Below are positions 12,674 to 26,885 of a DNA stretch of 64,000 nucleotides, piece after piece. Below the pieces are notes generated by a model. The model worked only from the letters and a program-made list of their open reading frames with translations. It was not told the DNA's origin and did not search any database. The stretch lies in NCBI RefSeq assembly GCF_006345805.1, contig NC_042999.1, positions 9,858,001 to 9,922,000 of the forward strand. The letters are read 5' to 3'. A program made the translations under genes and the position numbers. Positions within the stretch are counted from its first letter, which is position 1. Each line of letters opens with the position of its first letter. This stretch comes from Octopus sinensis. Taxonomy: Eukaryota.

Positions 12674-12762
12674 GTGTATGTATAATATATATACATACAT
12701 ATAAATATATCTACGTCTACATATCACAGTACAAGCAGCATAAATCATTACTACGACGACTT

Positions 12763-12812
<50 letters not shown>

Positions 12813-13115
12813 CGTTCATTTATGAAACAAAACCGTCCCGTCAAGATGGCGTTCGTGTTAATGACATCTTCTATGTTCTCTTTAATGGACATTAAATATG
12901 AAATCGCCCCACCTCTGCCTCCACCTCTCTCCTCTTACGATATTTGTCGTCTGTATATGTTTTTTTTTTTGTTTTGTTTTTGTCTTTTTTTGTTTTGTTT
13001 TTGTTTTTACTTAAAGTGATTGCATTGTTTTTAAATTATTTGTGTATTTTGTTTTTTAACTTTTTCAAGACGGAAAGTGAAGCAAAATTTCATGTACATA
13101 TATATATATATATAG

Positions 13116-13176
<61 letters not shown>

Positions 13177-13326
13177 GCATTATTATAAAATAGTAATTAG
13201 TAACAGAAACTATAATATCGATGATGATGATGATTATACATACATCTATATATACACTACTATGTGTGTGTATGTATAGATGTATGTATACACACATATG
13301 CACGCACAAACACACACACACAACAT

Positions 13327-13461
<135 letters not shown>

Positions 13462-13571
13462 CGTTTTAATTTGGGATAAAGAATGATCAGATTGAAATTT
13501 ATGTGGAAAAAATATAAATATTAACGATAAAAGAAGAGCAAGGAAATGAACAAAAACAAAAATAAAAAGGA

Positions 13572-13606
<35 letters not shown>

Positions 13607-13628
13607 CAACAACAACAACAACAACAAC

Positions 13629-13679
<51 letters not shown>

Positions 13680-13800
13680 GAGAGAGATTGTGGTATTAAA
13701 AGGGAGAGGAAGAAGAGGAGGAAGAGGTGGATAGGAGGGAGAGCCGAAATAAGCAGTCAAGGTATATAGATTTATAGGGCCAGACTGACATACAGACAAG

Positions 13801-13843
<43 letters not shown>

Positions 13844-14304
13844 ACTGGCAGACAGTCAGGCAGGCAGTGAAGCTCTAACAGTGGTTTTTTTTCGTGACAG
13901 ATGGAATCCAAACCATTGACCAAACGGTTTTTTGTTTTGTTTTGTTTTGTTTGTTTGTTTGTTTTTGTAATTTTTTGTTTTTCAATATGTCTGACTGGCC
14001 AGAAATTTTATTGTTACCTTTTTTTTAAAAAAACCTTGAATTAACTCGCTCACCTAAACTTGTCTTTTACGTTTAAACAATTACATATGACGTGTGGTAC
14101 CATATATTTGGCATGGGTGTGTGTGTGTGGGACTGCGATGCTGGCGCTGGCTGTGGCGGTGAGGCTGTACTATAAACGTTTGTTGTTATTTTTTAAATGC
14201 TTTTCATCATTTCCTCCAGTTTGTTTGTTTCTTTTTTTTATCTCTTTATTTTTAATTCTTTTTTTTTCTTTCTCGTACCTTTCTTATTTATTGCCGTCAT
14301 GTTG

Positions 14305-14331
14305 CTGTTGTTGTTGCTGTTGTAGTTGTAG

Positions 14332-14390
<59 letters not shown>

Positions 14391-14990
14391 GGTGGTGGGG
14401 TGGTGGTGGTGGTGGTGGTGGTGCGAGTGGTGGCATTAGTGGTTCGTAGAGGTGATGGTGGTGGCGGAAGAGATAGTGGTGGTGATGATGGTGGTGGCGG
14501 TGGTGGTGGTGGTGGTGTTGGTGGTGTGGTGGTGGTAGTGGTGGTGGTGGTGGTGGTAGTGGTGGTGGTGTGTGGTGGTGGTGGTAGTGGTGGTGTGGTG
14601 TGGTGGTGGTGGCGGTAGTGGTGGTGGTGGTGGTGGTGGTGGTGGTGGTGTGGTGGTGGTGGTGGTGGTGGTGGTGGTGGTGGTGGTGATGGTGGTGTGG
14701 TGGTGGTAGTGGTGGGTGGTGGTGGTGGTGGTGGTGGGGGTGGTGGTGGTGTGGTGGTGGTGGTGGTGTGGTGTGGTGGTGGTAGTGGTGGTGGTGGTGT
14801 GGTGGTGTGGTGGTGGTGGTGGTGGTGTGGTGGTGGTGGGGTGGTGGTGGTGGTAGTGGTGGTGGTGGTGGTGGTGGTGGTGGTGGTGGTGGTGGTGGTG
14901 GTGGTGGTGGTGGTGGTGACATTAGTGGTTCGTAGAGGTGATGGTGGTGGAAGAGATAGTGGTGGTGGTGGTGGTGGTGGTGGTGGTTTG
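14305..14990. repeat. (GTT)n/(GGT)n microsatellite with a duplicated CATTAGTGGTTCGTAGAGGTGATGG unit
   Basis: Direct inspection; unit at about 14434 and 14920. Confidence 0.93.
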
Positions 14991-16579
14991 GTTTTAGTTA
15001 CATTTTTTTAAAATTAAATATGTTTTTGATGTTAGAAATATTGTCGCGATTTGTTACGATTATCCTAACCCACCCCACCCACCGCCGCCATTTCAACCAC
15101 CACCACCACCACCACTACTAACACTATCAACTGCACTATCGCAACCATCAACACCACATCATAACCACCAATGCTACCAATGATACGGTCCTCACAACCA
15201 CCAACAGCGCTATCACAACCATCATCATCATCATCATCATCATATACATCATCTTCATCACCACCACCACCACCAACAACAACAACAGCAACAACGTCTC
15301 CACCATCACAACCACCAACAACAAAAGTAATATAGAAAAAAAAATGAAATCGGTGGCGACAAAAAAACAAAATAAAACAAATAATTTTTTTTTTATTATT
15401 ATATTTTCCATTATTTTGTATTTTATTTATTTATTTACAATTTGGCTGTTCATTATTTGCTAATAATCACTATTTTAACACTTCTGTTGTTTAATTCGGG
15501 ACAGGTTTAGACATAGTTTTTACCTCTTCAATACTTCTTTATATGTCAAAAGAAAACGGTGAAAAATAAAATACAACAAAAATTACATACAAAAAAAAAA
15601 CAACAAACATATTATAAAATGGCTTTTAAACAATTTTATAATATTCTTCTAATTTCTTTCCCTCCTTCCCTTCTGACTGGTTTTTGTAAAGAAAACAGAA
15701 GGAAATCTTTTTTTCTGTAAGGAGAAAGAAAATAAAATATTTCTACATATGTGACCATTGTTGAAAGGAAGCTCTCCTATACAGAGAGGGCAAAAATAAC
15801 GTATAAAGAATACAGAAGAAAAATATGGCCGTCCGCTAACAGCAACCATAAACGTTTAGGTGAAGCGTATCTATAGGACAGCCATGCAGACATGCCTGTT
15901 CTCGGTTATACAATACGGTACAAGTACATAAATAAAACAACTCCACCTAGATTTTATATGCTGTATACAGACATCTTACAGCGTGTTCCTTTGACTCTTT
16001 GACACGTGCTTAATTGCATGGGAGACATCTGTACATGTACAGAACACACACACACACACACATACACACACACACATACACACAAGCATACGTACATATA
16101 TATATATGTATATATATACACACACATGAACATACAGATAGATATACATTAGTATATTACGTAACATATAATCGTGTGTATATATACGTATGTGTGTGTG
16201 CCTGTATGTATTAATATACGTGTGTACAAACTATTGTATCCTTTTTAATATGTTAGTACACACACACACACAATATTGATTTGCAAAAGGGTCACAAAAC
16301 CCACTCAACTATCGATTAACTCAATTCTTCGACTAAAAGGGTTTTTATTTTATGGTTCCCACAAAGAAAATCGTTATCAATGGGATTTGAACTCAGAACT
16401 CCGAGTATTTCATCTAACGGATGCTCTACTGATTCTATTTATCTGCCAACGACAGTCTCTATGGCGTAGCTCCACCTGCTAGCATTAATCTCTCTCAAAT
16501 CACCTTGTGCAATCTTACAAAAAATCGAGCACATTAAATCATATAGTCCGAGGTGAACTGCGCCAGACGAAAAAATAAA

Positions 16580-16730
16580 AGGCAGGATGTACGTGCATAG
16601 AAAGAACTGGAAGAGCATCGGATAGAATACTTTGCGAGATTTGTTTCGATATTTTCGTTCTGAGTTCAATTCCCACGGGAGTCAGTTTTACCTTTCATCC
16701 TTTTGGCGGGGGCCAATAAATAAAGTATTA
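16580..16730 (+). mobile_element. SINE family B, partial
   Basis: TTCTGAGTTCAATTCCCACGGGAGTCAGTTTTACCTTTCATCC. Confidence 0.65.
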
Positions 16731-17154
16731 ATCCAGGGTGGTGGATTGGCGGAATTATTAGAGCGTCGGACGAGATGTTTTATCGTAGCTAATCCGGATC
16801 TCTAAGTTCTAAGTTACCCGCCGGCTTCTGTCCCCGGAGGATTCCCAGGCAGTGTTTATATTTTTAACGCTATGGCCAGCGCTGGATTGAATAGTACCGC
16901 CCAGGTGTCGAAACCATAATGATATCCGTTTGGATACTGATGATGGGAATGAACAAACGTTATGGTGGATTGTGAATTTCATATATGTTAGTCTCGTTAT
17001 TCTTGGTTGTCTTTCATTTCTGTAAAGTGGAAAGTGTATGTAGATACACAGTTTGTAGGAATCCCTTTGGTATTGTTTGGTTTTCTTCACAGATAACCTA
17101 ATAAGGTTTGGACCAGGCTTAAACACTGGTGTCTAGTTTGGGGAGGTCCTAAGG

Positions 17155-17335
17155 GATGCTTAACGGCATTTCATCCGTCTTTACATTGAGTTCAATTTCC
17201 GCAGAGGTCGATTTTTCCTTCCATTCTTTCGGGGTCGATGAAATAGGTACCAGTTGTGCACTGGGGTCGATGTAATCGACCTACCTCCTTCCCCAAATTG
17301 CTAGCCTTGTGCCAAAATTTGAAATCAATAATTAT
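17155..17335 (+). mobile_element. SINE family B, 5'-truncated
   Basis: GAGTTCAATTTCCGCAGAGGTCGA...CCTTGTGCCAAAATTTGAAA. Confidence 0.8.
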
Positions 17336-18259
17336 ACACTGCAAGTAAGCAAAACATGCAAATGTCACCCTTCCTTCCCACGAAGATATTCGCTGTCTCC
17401 AGTTTTATGCGAGTTGATAATAGTTTTGCCTTGAGCTTATTTACCGCGCATAATCATTGCCTTATACGCCGGTTTGAATAATGTGCTTTATAGCATCTTC
17501 GAAACAGCTGTAACGTCAAACCTTGTATAAATGAGATAGGACTATTCATTAATGCTTGTCCATCCTTTATCTATTTGTTATGCACTCAAGCTCTGCATTT
17601 CTTATAGCCAACTCTTGTCCGGCTGGACTATTCCACCCCTCCCCACCCTGATTGGGAAGGTAGAGCTCAAGAATCTGACCAGTCCAACCAGTAATTCAGT
17701 GCGTTTCTAAGCTACTCTTACACCTGCGTCTCCTCAACCGCTAGACACACACACACACACACACAAACAGAGTAAAAAGGAGAGAGAAAGAGAAAAAGGC
17801 TGATAACAAGCTATATTGATCATTGTGTGTGTGTGTGTGAGTGTGTGAGTGTTGCTAAAACTGAACAATAAAAACAGCATCCAAATAAAAACACAACCAG
17901 CCTCGTATCGTTTTTTAGGGCCGCAAAATTGCAAAAAACTTTGCTGGGGAGATTTGGTCCCCTCTTCATATGAATGTGTTTAAAGAATGGGCGAGAAAGA
18001 GAATATGGATAGCTCATCGGTGGGGAATCTGTAAACCCTTCACCCTCATTATACTTTCAGCTTCGTATCAAATGTTATTAAAGAGACAGGTTAAGTACCG
18101 CCCCAGCTGGATTAAAATATGGCTGGATTTGGATTTTTGGAGAGAAAATCTCTCTCAACAACCAATACGTTGGACAAGATCACGATATCTAGGACAATAA
18201 AAATCTGCAAAACCTCAGAATTTTGTGCATAAATTACAGTGGATGTGTACTTGTATGTG

Positions 18260-18433
18260 TAGGTGTGGCTGTGTGTTACGAAGTTTGCTTCCATGACACA
18301 TGGTTCCAGGTTCAATCCCACATGACTCCTTGGGCCAGCGTCTTCTACTACAGCCCCGGGCCGACCAAAGCCTTGAGAGTAGATTTGGTAGGCGGCAGTA
18401 AAAGAAGCTCGTCGTATATACAGGTGTGTGTGT

Positions 18434-18472
<39 letters not shown>

Positions 18473-18690
18473 CTTTGTGCCTGTGTTTGTCCTCCACCAC
18501 CGCTTGAGAATCGGTGTTGGTGTGCTTACGTCCCTGTAACTAAGTGGTTCAGAAAAGGGAGGAAGATAGAATAAGTGCCAGGCTTTAAAGTATAAGTACC
18601 GGGGTCAATTCGTCTGACTAAAACTCTTGAAGGCGGTGCCTCCAGCATGGCCGCAGTCGAATCACTGAAGCAAATAATAGAAAAGAAAAG
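18260..18690 (+). mobile_element. SINE family A, near full length
   Basis: A-box TGGCTGTGTG, B-box GGTTCAATCCC, internal (TG)n, 3' CAGCATGGCCGCAGTC. Confidence 0.85.
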
Positions 18691-18739
18691 AAATGTTTGT
18701 ACGTGTAAGTATACCTGTACGTATGTATGTATATACGTT

Positions 18740-18798
<59 letters not shown>

Positions 18799-18898
18799 AT
18801 GTATGTATGAATGTATGTATGTATGTATGTGCGTATGTATGTGTATATGTCTGTGCATATGTATGTATGTGTGTGTGTATGTATGTATGTATATATGA

Positions 18899-18934
<36 letters not shown>

Positions 18935-19911
18935 TGTATGTATGTATGTATGTATGTATGTCCATATAGCAGGGTTGTCCTAAAAGTTTGATCCCCACTG
19001 CATAATATTGTTGTTGTTGTTGTTGTTGTAGTAATGAGGCAATAAATCGAAACAATTATTAAGGATCAGTGTCAGATTCGAAATTTCTGTAAAACACCTC
19101 AAATGTGTGAAGTAAAGAATTCGTCTGTCGAAACGGACACAATATGTTGATCTCATTACGAAGCTGAGGTTAAATGGACGAGCGAACAACGTTTTGCAAG
19201 AAACTCTCTTTTCTTCCTCTTTCTTTCTTTTCTTCCTTTTCTTTTTTTTTTTGTCTTTTTTTTTTGTTTTTTTTTTTTGTTTTGTTTCTTTTTCTGCAGC
19301 ATGTTTTCAAATCTGTTGAAAAAAAGCTTTGTTGTACTTCACGGAAGGGCAAGATCGTTTACTACAGCTTTTTAGCTTTTTTTCCCCCCTGTAAACAAGT
19401 CCGCGAAACAAAAGCATGCATATATCTTTATTAACATTTCCACAGTTTGTCATTAGGAAATGGAGCATCAAACACCAGACTTAAAACATTCTCTGAGATT
19501 CCCGAAAGGATTAAAGAGGGCAGGTTGATACGGTGATCTTGGCCTGTTCACGGACAACAAACATACACCAGGTTTCTTATCTGTATTGATAAGATCTAAC
19601 AGAAAGATTGTTCGTTCATACAATAGAGATACGGTATACAATAGAAGCAGGACATACAATAGAAGTAGGGTACCGTTTTGATTACAAGATGTTGACTCAA
19701 TAAAATGAATTGTTTCAATAACGACGAATGCAAAAGCATTGGACGTTGTAAAGTGTTCTGGTGGATTACAAAATTTGGTGAAATGGTTGATCTACTGATT
19801 AAATATGTGGTCATCAACTGCAAGTGTCTAGCGACACAACTGATAAGATGCGACATTCATACCGTGTTCGTTTGACTGTGTATGCACATGTGTGCGTTTA
19901 TATATATATAT

Positions 19912-19944
<33 letters not shown>

Positions 19945-20622
19945 CATATATATGTATGTATGTATTATGTATGTATGTATGTATGTATGTATGTATGTAT
20001 GTATATGTGTATACATAAATACAAACACACACATACATATGCGCGTATTTATGTATTTGTATGCGTTTGTATTCACTTAATATGAATTCGTCATGCTTAC
20101 TGGTTACAAATGAGCCTTTTGTGTGTTACGATGAGTGTGTGTATGTGTATAACAACAGCCTCTGTGTATGTGTTTGTGTGTGTGTGTGTGCGTGCGTGCG
20201 TGTGTATTCATGTTTCTGTGATTTATATATATTATATATATATATGTTTTTTTTCTTAGTATTAATTCTGAACAATTATTTCGAGCATCTGAGGAGATCT
20301 TTAGATGACAAACAACACAATCGACGCACCACAACAACAATGGCGACCAGTTCCTTATCTTTTCTTTAACTATTCTCTTCTGTTCTCGCTTGAATACGGA
20401 AAATTAGATATGTTTGAATATATGACATACTGCACTCCGTCGTCATCATCATCATCATTATTAGCATCATCATTATCATCATCACCATCATCATCATTGT
20501 TGTTGCTATTGTTGTTGATGCTGTCCTGTTCATAACAAAAGATAAAATATCAAAGTATCTTAAAGACAACACATAGGTTTTCATGTTTAATTCCATAAGT
20601 TTGTGTGTGCGTGCGTGTGTGT

Positions 20623-20662
<40 letters not shown>

Positions 20663-20759
20663 ACGTGCGATTGTGTATGGCTTCGCAACCACGGGGTTCT
20701 GTGTTCCACAATTTCAATCCTGCTCCGCCACTTTGAGCAAATGTCTTCTACTACCAATA

Positions 20760-20945
20760 GAAACTGTGCGGACACCCATCCTGACACGGTAGACTTAGCC
20801 AGTATTGTTGAAGTAAATCCTAAATATATCCTCCCGAACATGACTTTCGCTAGAACGGTTATCATTGTGGCAATTAATGAAATAAAACACAACTCGGCCG
20901 TAGGCCCTCACAGATTCCCTGCCATTATCCTAAAGGACATCAACT
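20760..20945 (+). pseudogene. CR1/L2-type LINE RT-proximal fragment
   Basis: AINEIKHNSAVGPHRFPAIILKD matches the conserved SAAGPDGFPA motif preceding RT. Confidence 0.6.
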
Positions 20946-21049
20946 TGTATTTCCTCTTGCTAATTTCTGGGGAAAATTCCGCTGGACTTAGGTTTTATTC
21001 CTAAACGTTCTCTCTTCCAGTCATCCATATTTTTTTTTCTTTCTTTGTC

Positions 21050-21962
21050 ACACTGATGTTCCACTTGCATGCAAAGTGCACTGGGAAAACCATTTTTGAG
21101 GGAATCAATGTCTCAGTGTTCGCAAGACTAATTCCCATCCTTGCCTTGCAACACTCGGCATGGAAGCCATTCACTGCATGCTGGAGATCGTTCTCTGACA
21201 AGCCAAGTAGCACCATATCGTCTGCGAATATCAACCGACCGATCCTACACCCAACAATTATGATACCACTTCTAGAACGGCTGTGCATGTCAATCCTGCT
21301 CATAACAATTATAAAAAGGAGGGGTGACAATGCACATTCTTGCCGAAGTCCAATACCTACAAGTGAAGAATTTTAAGTATCTCGATGCCGTATCTGAGAG
21401 GGATGGAATACGCAAGGCTGAATTGGATGCGAGAATTGCAAGTGATAATGTAGTAAAGAACAAGCTCCAGTGTTCGATCCTCAGGAGAAGGAGGTTGAGA
21501 AAAAAAAAGCTGGACTCGTTATCTTTAATGCGGTTTTTGTGCCTTCCTTCACTTATTGTCGTGAATGGTAATAACCGAAAGAGTACGATCACAAATGCAA
21601 GCGGCCGAAATGTGATCCATCCGAATGGTTTCAGGAGTAAATGGTGCGTGGTTCAATCCGAGAGTCTCTCCAGGTTGAGTCGCTACTTCTCTGCATTGAG
21701 AGGTGACAAAGCCGGGATCACAAGCCTGATTAGAATGTGGTAAGGAAAGGATCGAAAGACAGATTCTTGGAGCCGATTCAACTAGCAAAAAACCTGGGCA
21801 TGGACTAAGAGCGAGAAGGTCGGACCACATCCTTAGTTTCAGTTGATCACACATCCGGAATGTGTAATAAGGGTCACTTCTAAGAGGACCGAATGGAGGA
21901 GGAGATGCCTGAGGACTCTACCCCCCACGGCCCTCATAGGAATAACAGGTAGGGATGGATGG
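21050..21962. pseudogene. RTE-clade LINE with 5' inversion (RT core on minus 21050-21357; 3' part on plus 21358-21962)
   Basis: Minus: GLRQECALSPLLF...FADDMV...CTLHASGTS; plus continues LQVKNFKYL...ELDARIA; (GGAT)n tail. Confidence 0.8.
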
Positions 21963-22024
21963 ATTTGGGAAATTTTTTAAATCGCTTACAGTAAATTCAC
22001 GTCCGATCTCTCTAACTTCTCATA

Positions 22025-22516
22025 CAGGGTGAGGCAAAATGATCTGACACAGAAGCGAGAAAGAATAAATAATATAAAAAGTGTTTACGTTTTCCAAATG
22101 TACATATAATGCCATTTTGTTTCATTTTGTTTTAAGGATAGGCGAGCATTTTGGTGATATCGTTTGGCCCGCCCGATCACCTGATTTGAACTCGTGCGAT
22201 TTTTTTAGGGCATATTTGAAATCAAAATTATACGCTCGTTGCTCTCAATCCATTGAGCAATTAAAAGATGCCATTCGTCAAGACATTGTTGCCACTGCAC
22301 ATGAAATGACGCATCGAGTAATGGACAACTTTCGCGAACGTTTTCGACAGAATGCGGACAATAACAGCAAACATTTGACCAATGTAATTTAAAAAATAAA
22401 ATGAAACAAAATGGCATTATATGTAGGTTTGGGAAATAAAAACATTTTAAAAATTATTTTCTCTATTTTGCTTTTATTGAACCTACAAATGTGTCATGTC
22501 ATTTTGCCCCACCCTG
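22025..22516 (+). mobile_element. Tc1/mariner-superfamily deletion derivative (MITE-like)
   Basis: TIRs CAGGGTG(A/G)GGCAAAATGA, TA TSD; WPARSPDLNSCDFF...YLKSKLY transposase C-terminus. Confidence 0.85.
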
Positions 22517-23015
22517 TATTATTCGGGAGGGTACTGAAATCAAAAATAACTGGTACTTTATTTATCGACCCTGAAACAAGGTTAGCCTTGGCAAAAGATC
22601 GTAAAGAATCAAAAGAAAAACTGCTTAACCGTTTTCCGACGTCCATCGATTTTACCAGCTCGCCTTTTGTTTATGAACTCTAAATATACAGTGGATAAAG
22701 GATTCAATACTAATTGTAGTGTGTCAACATAAGATTTATCATTGATAGTAACTGCATGCTATGAAGTTTCGCCGATAGAGGTTTCTCGGGACGATTTTTG
22801 ATAACCAGTATCAACGAAACTTTGATAATAAATTATTATACACACATACACACACACACACATTTAGAGAACGAGGGAGAAGGTGGGAGAGAGATGAATA
22901 GACAGACAGACAGATAGAAAGGGGAAACGCGAGGAAGAAAGGAAGGGAATTGAAAAGAAAAAAGAAAGGATACAATGAAAACGAAGGGAATGATGGTGCA
23001 CATACACACACATAT

Positions 23016-23050
<35 letters not shown>

Positions 23051-23058
23051 CACACACA

Positions 23059-23106
<48 letters not shown>

Positions 23107-23645
23107 ATGCACACTCACACACACATACACAAATACACGGTAATTAAAACTGGAAGAAAAATGAGATATTTTTTGAATAGAAATATTTTAAAACATTTAT
23201 TTTTAAAAACTGAAAAACCTACCCCCACCACCCTCACCACAAGCACCAGCAACAACAAGTACAACAACAGCAATAACAACAAAAGGTATAAAGCAAAAAC
23301 CCTCGAAACAATTTTCTTAAAACTTTTCTTCCCGAGTGTCCGCCATCTTTGTGTGTTTTTTGTTATTTCGCAGTCGTTCTCTCCATGTTGTTCTTGGTCA
23401 ACAAGGTAGGTTTCTGCGTTTGACAACTGCTTACAACGAACACGGAGCGAGTGTTTTTTTTTCTTTCTTCTTTGCTCAAGTCAGTCATCCGTAAAACGTC
23501 GACGTAGTCTCTCCACAAAACAACTGAAACAATCATTTTTCCTCAATCCCTCGTCTGTCAACTGCTGGAATGAATCCACATATTTCATCTCCGGCTGAAA
23601 AGCCACAATGCAACAACCGAACACCGATTCAAATTCACCTTGATT

Positions 23646-23662
23646 TATGACTTCTTCTTCCT

Positions 23663-23695
<33 letters not shown>

Positions 23696-24310
23696 CTTCT
23701 TCTTCTTCTTCTTCTTCTTCTTCTTCTTCTTCTTCTTTTCTTCTCTTCCTCCTCCTCCTTCTTCTTCTTCTTCTTCTTTTTCTTCTCTTCCTCCTCCTCC
23801 TTCTTCTTCTCTTCTTCTCCTTCTTCTCCTCCTCCTCCTTCTTTTTCTTCTTCTTCTCCTCCCCCTTCTTTTTCTTCTTCTTCTTCTTCTTCCTATTCCC
23901 CTTCCTCTTCATTTCTTCTTTTCTTTTACTTCTTATTCTTATTTTTTCTTCTTTTCTTCTTCTTCTTTTTTCTTCTTTTTCTCCTTCTTCTTCTTCATTT
24001 TCTTCTTTTCCTTTTTCTTCTTCCTCCTCTTTTTTTCTTTTTCTTTTTCCTTTTCTTCATTTTCTTTTTCTTTTTTCTCCTCTTCTTCTCCTTTTTCTTT
24101 TCTTCTTTTTCTTCTTTTCGTTTTCTTTTTCTTCTTTTCCTTCTTTTTTCTTCTTCTTCCTCCTCTTCTTCTTTTCTTCTTCTTCTTCTTTACCCCCCTC
24201 TCTCTCTCTTTCTCTCCAATTTTTCCCTTTTCTTCTAATTGTTTGGTTCTTTTTAGTTTCATTTCTTTTTTATCTTTGTTTTGCCTTTTTCTTTCTTTTA
24301 TTTCTTTCAA
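23646..24310. repeat. (TTC)n/(CTC)n polypyrimidine microsatellite
   Basis: Direct inspection. Confidence 0.95.
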
Positions 24311-24379
24311 TCATTCAGCACCCACCTGAAGAATTTTTAGTCAAATGAATAGATCCCCACCCCACACACACACCAGCAT

Positions 24380-24510
24380 TTGTTTTTCTTCTTTTTTAAG
24401 CCTGATACTTATTCTATCGGTGTCTTTTGCGGAGCAGCAAAGTTACAGGGACATAAACGCACCAACACCGGTTATCAAGCGGTGGTAGGGGAACACACAC
24501 ACACGTACAT
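24380..24510 (-). mobile_element. SINE family A, partial
   Basis: AGCCTGATACTTATTCTATCGG...GGGGAACACAC. Confidence 0.75.
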
Positions 24511-24548
24511 ACATACATACGTTTATAAGATATATATATATATAATAT

Positions 24549-24580
<32 letters not shown>

Positions 24581-24582
24581 AT

Positions 24583-24623
<41 letters not shown>

Positions 24624-24963
24624 TTATATATATAACTAATGTAGGCTAAAATTTTTCCGAGAAATAAAAATTATCAATGGCCAGCATATCAAAAAATACC
24701 TTTAAAGGTTAAATTTATAAATAATTTACAAGATAAGGGCAAAACAAAAATTCTAATGCCAAACATGCCGAAAAAAAGACAAAATTGTCAATAACCATTA
24801 TAACTTATGCGTCTCGAAACAAACCTAGTTCGAATCACACGTGTCTCGAGACTTGCCGAAGATTTTCTATTTTGGATATATTTGGGGTACTTAGGTCTGC
24901 TCAGGACTTAGTGTTTGCTTTTTCCATGGGTATGAGTAAGTATTTCATTTATGTCTTACGTAT

Positions 24964-25024
24964 TTATCGCTGAAGAGGGGAAAATTCTTATGAATTAACC
25001 CCGAAATTGGGACCAATGCGGTAA
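24964..25024 (+). ncRNA. Type I hammerhead ribozyme motif (degenerate, AUG at cleavage triplet)
   Basis: TTATCG-CTGAAGA-GGGG..CCCC-GAAA-TTG GGAC CAA-T-G-CGGTAA; stems I-III all pair. Confidence 0.6.
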
Positions 25025-25824
25025 TAACGGATTTTTGAGAAATTTCTATCAGTTTGTTTCGAGACGCATTTCGAGAACAATTTTCATCTGAGGTAGCTGA
25101 AGATACGATAGTTTGGCCAAGTGAACCGACAATCGCAAGCAAAATTAAATATTGAATAAAACACATTTGGCCAAATTTGGACATACGACAGGTTTGAAGT
25201 ATTTATTCCAGCTCTAAGCATTCTAGCAGCAACGCCTGCGACCTTGCTGGGACCCGAATTCTATTGCTACCTGCTTTTCTCTTGGAGAAGGGACACTTAC
25301 GGGTATGGGTAATTGCTAGTCTTCTAGAAACCCTTATCAGGGCCAGGAGAAGAACCTGGAACTTTCTAATGCAGATTTTTTGGTCCTAAGAAACGTAAAG
25401 AAAACTCTTGGTTACCAATGCAGAGAATGGCAGAAACATCGGAACGCTGAGCAAAATGCTTTTATAAGATTTTAGTTACGACACTTTACGATCTCAGTTC
25501 AAATTTCGACGGGATCAACTTGTTTTTAACGATCCTGATGTCGCTTAAATAAGTCCAAGTTAAGTATTCCAGCCAAATTGATTGGTTAAACCCCACCCGT
25601 TGATCCATTTACGACGTCGTAACAATGTCATGAATCACTATTACTGATGTCAGCGGAGTGCACTAAACATCTAGTTATGTCCCTTTACGTCTCGAGCTCG
25701 GATCGTCAGAATTAGCGTCGCAACTTTATCTTTTAATCTTTTTAAAGAGTCTGGATTAGAAATCAATATCCTACAGCCTTCCAATCGAATGGGAGCTCTT
25801 ATTGCAATGGCTGAAATCACTTGT

Positions 25825-25885
<61 letters not shown>

Positions 25886-26579
25886 CAGCAGCAGCAGCAG
25901 TTCTAACGATAAGAATCATTCGACGCACTTTAAAAGAGTTCTGTCTTCCGTTCCCTTAACAAAACACAAAGACACTAGCAAAGTAAGGAGTCTCTACATG
26001 GTTCTCGACCTGCTAGAAACAGCAGCCAAATCTCTTTCCAATCAGATCCTACTGTTTTAGACAGAGAAGAATACATTGGATAATTCATTCCTTGATAACA
26101 AACAGAAGATGGATGGTCACGAATAGAACGCGTTTAAACATACATTTGTTTAATGAAGACTGTGTGGGAGGTAAACAACAACGACAAGTCTTCAACGAAA
26201 CTATTGACAAAATCTATATATTCGCTCAGCCCCTAACGTTTGACTGAAAATACCTCTGAAGTCTCCTACTGAGTGTTTATAAAGCTTGTACTTAGATAAA
26301 TTTCGCAGGGTTTAAGCAGATGAGTAATATGCGCATGCGCTTAACAGTCGAATTTTTTTCTGTTCCTCGTAAAAAAAATAAACAAACATTTCTAAACTTG
26401 CAACAGATTGAACACACGAGTCATTTGCAAGGAGAACGTCCAGTGATTTAACCCCTCGACTACCCAGCTTCTGCTAGTAATTCACTGTGGTCACTGCTGT
26501 TTCGGTACACTAATGTTTCTACTCCAGGCCAATGTTAACAGTTGTAGAAATAAATCACGGAGTCGTTGCCAAATTGTTC

Positions 26580-26851
26580 AACAACGACGACGACAACGAT
26601 GATGATGGTGGTGGTGGTGGTGGTCGTCGTCGTCGTCGTGACGTTGATGATGTTGATGATGATGATGATGGTGGTGATGGTGGTGGTGATGGTGGTGCTG
26701 GTGGTGGTGGTGGTGGTGGTGGTGGTGATGCGAGTGGTAGTGGTGGTGGTGGTGGTGGTGGTGGTAGTGGTGGTGATGGTCATGGTGGTGGTGCGAGTGG
26801 TCGTCGTGGTCGTCGTGGTGATGGTCGTGGTCGTGGTGACGTTGATGATGT

Positions 26852-26883
<32 letters not shown>

Positions 26884-26885
26884 CT
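26580..26885. repeat. (GGT/GAT/CGT)n compound repeat
   Basis: Direct inspection. Confidence 0.9.

Noticed and set aside
15640-15740. Strong minus-strand acceptor at 15715
   Set aside because: No convincing donor and all frames close quickly
19430-19540. Plus-strand acceptor with LSLGNGASNTRLKTF frame
   Set aside because: Weak donor, early stop and no homology recognised
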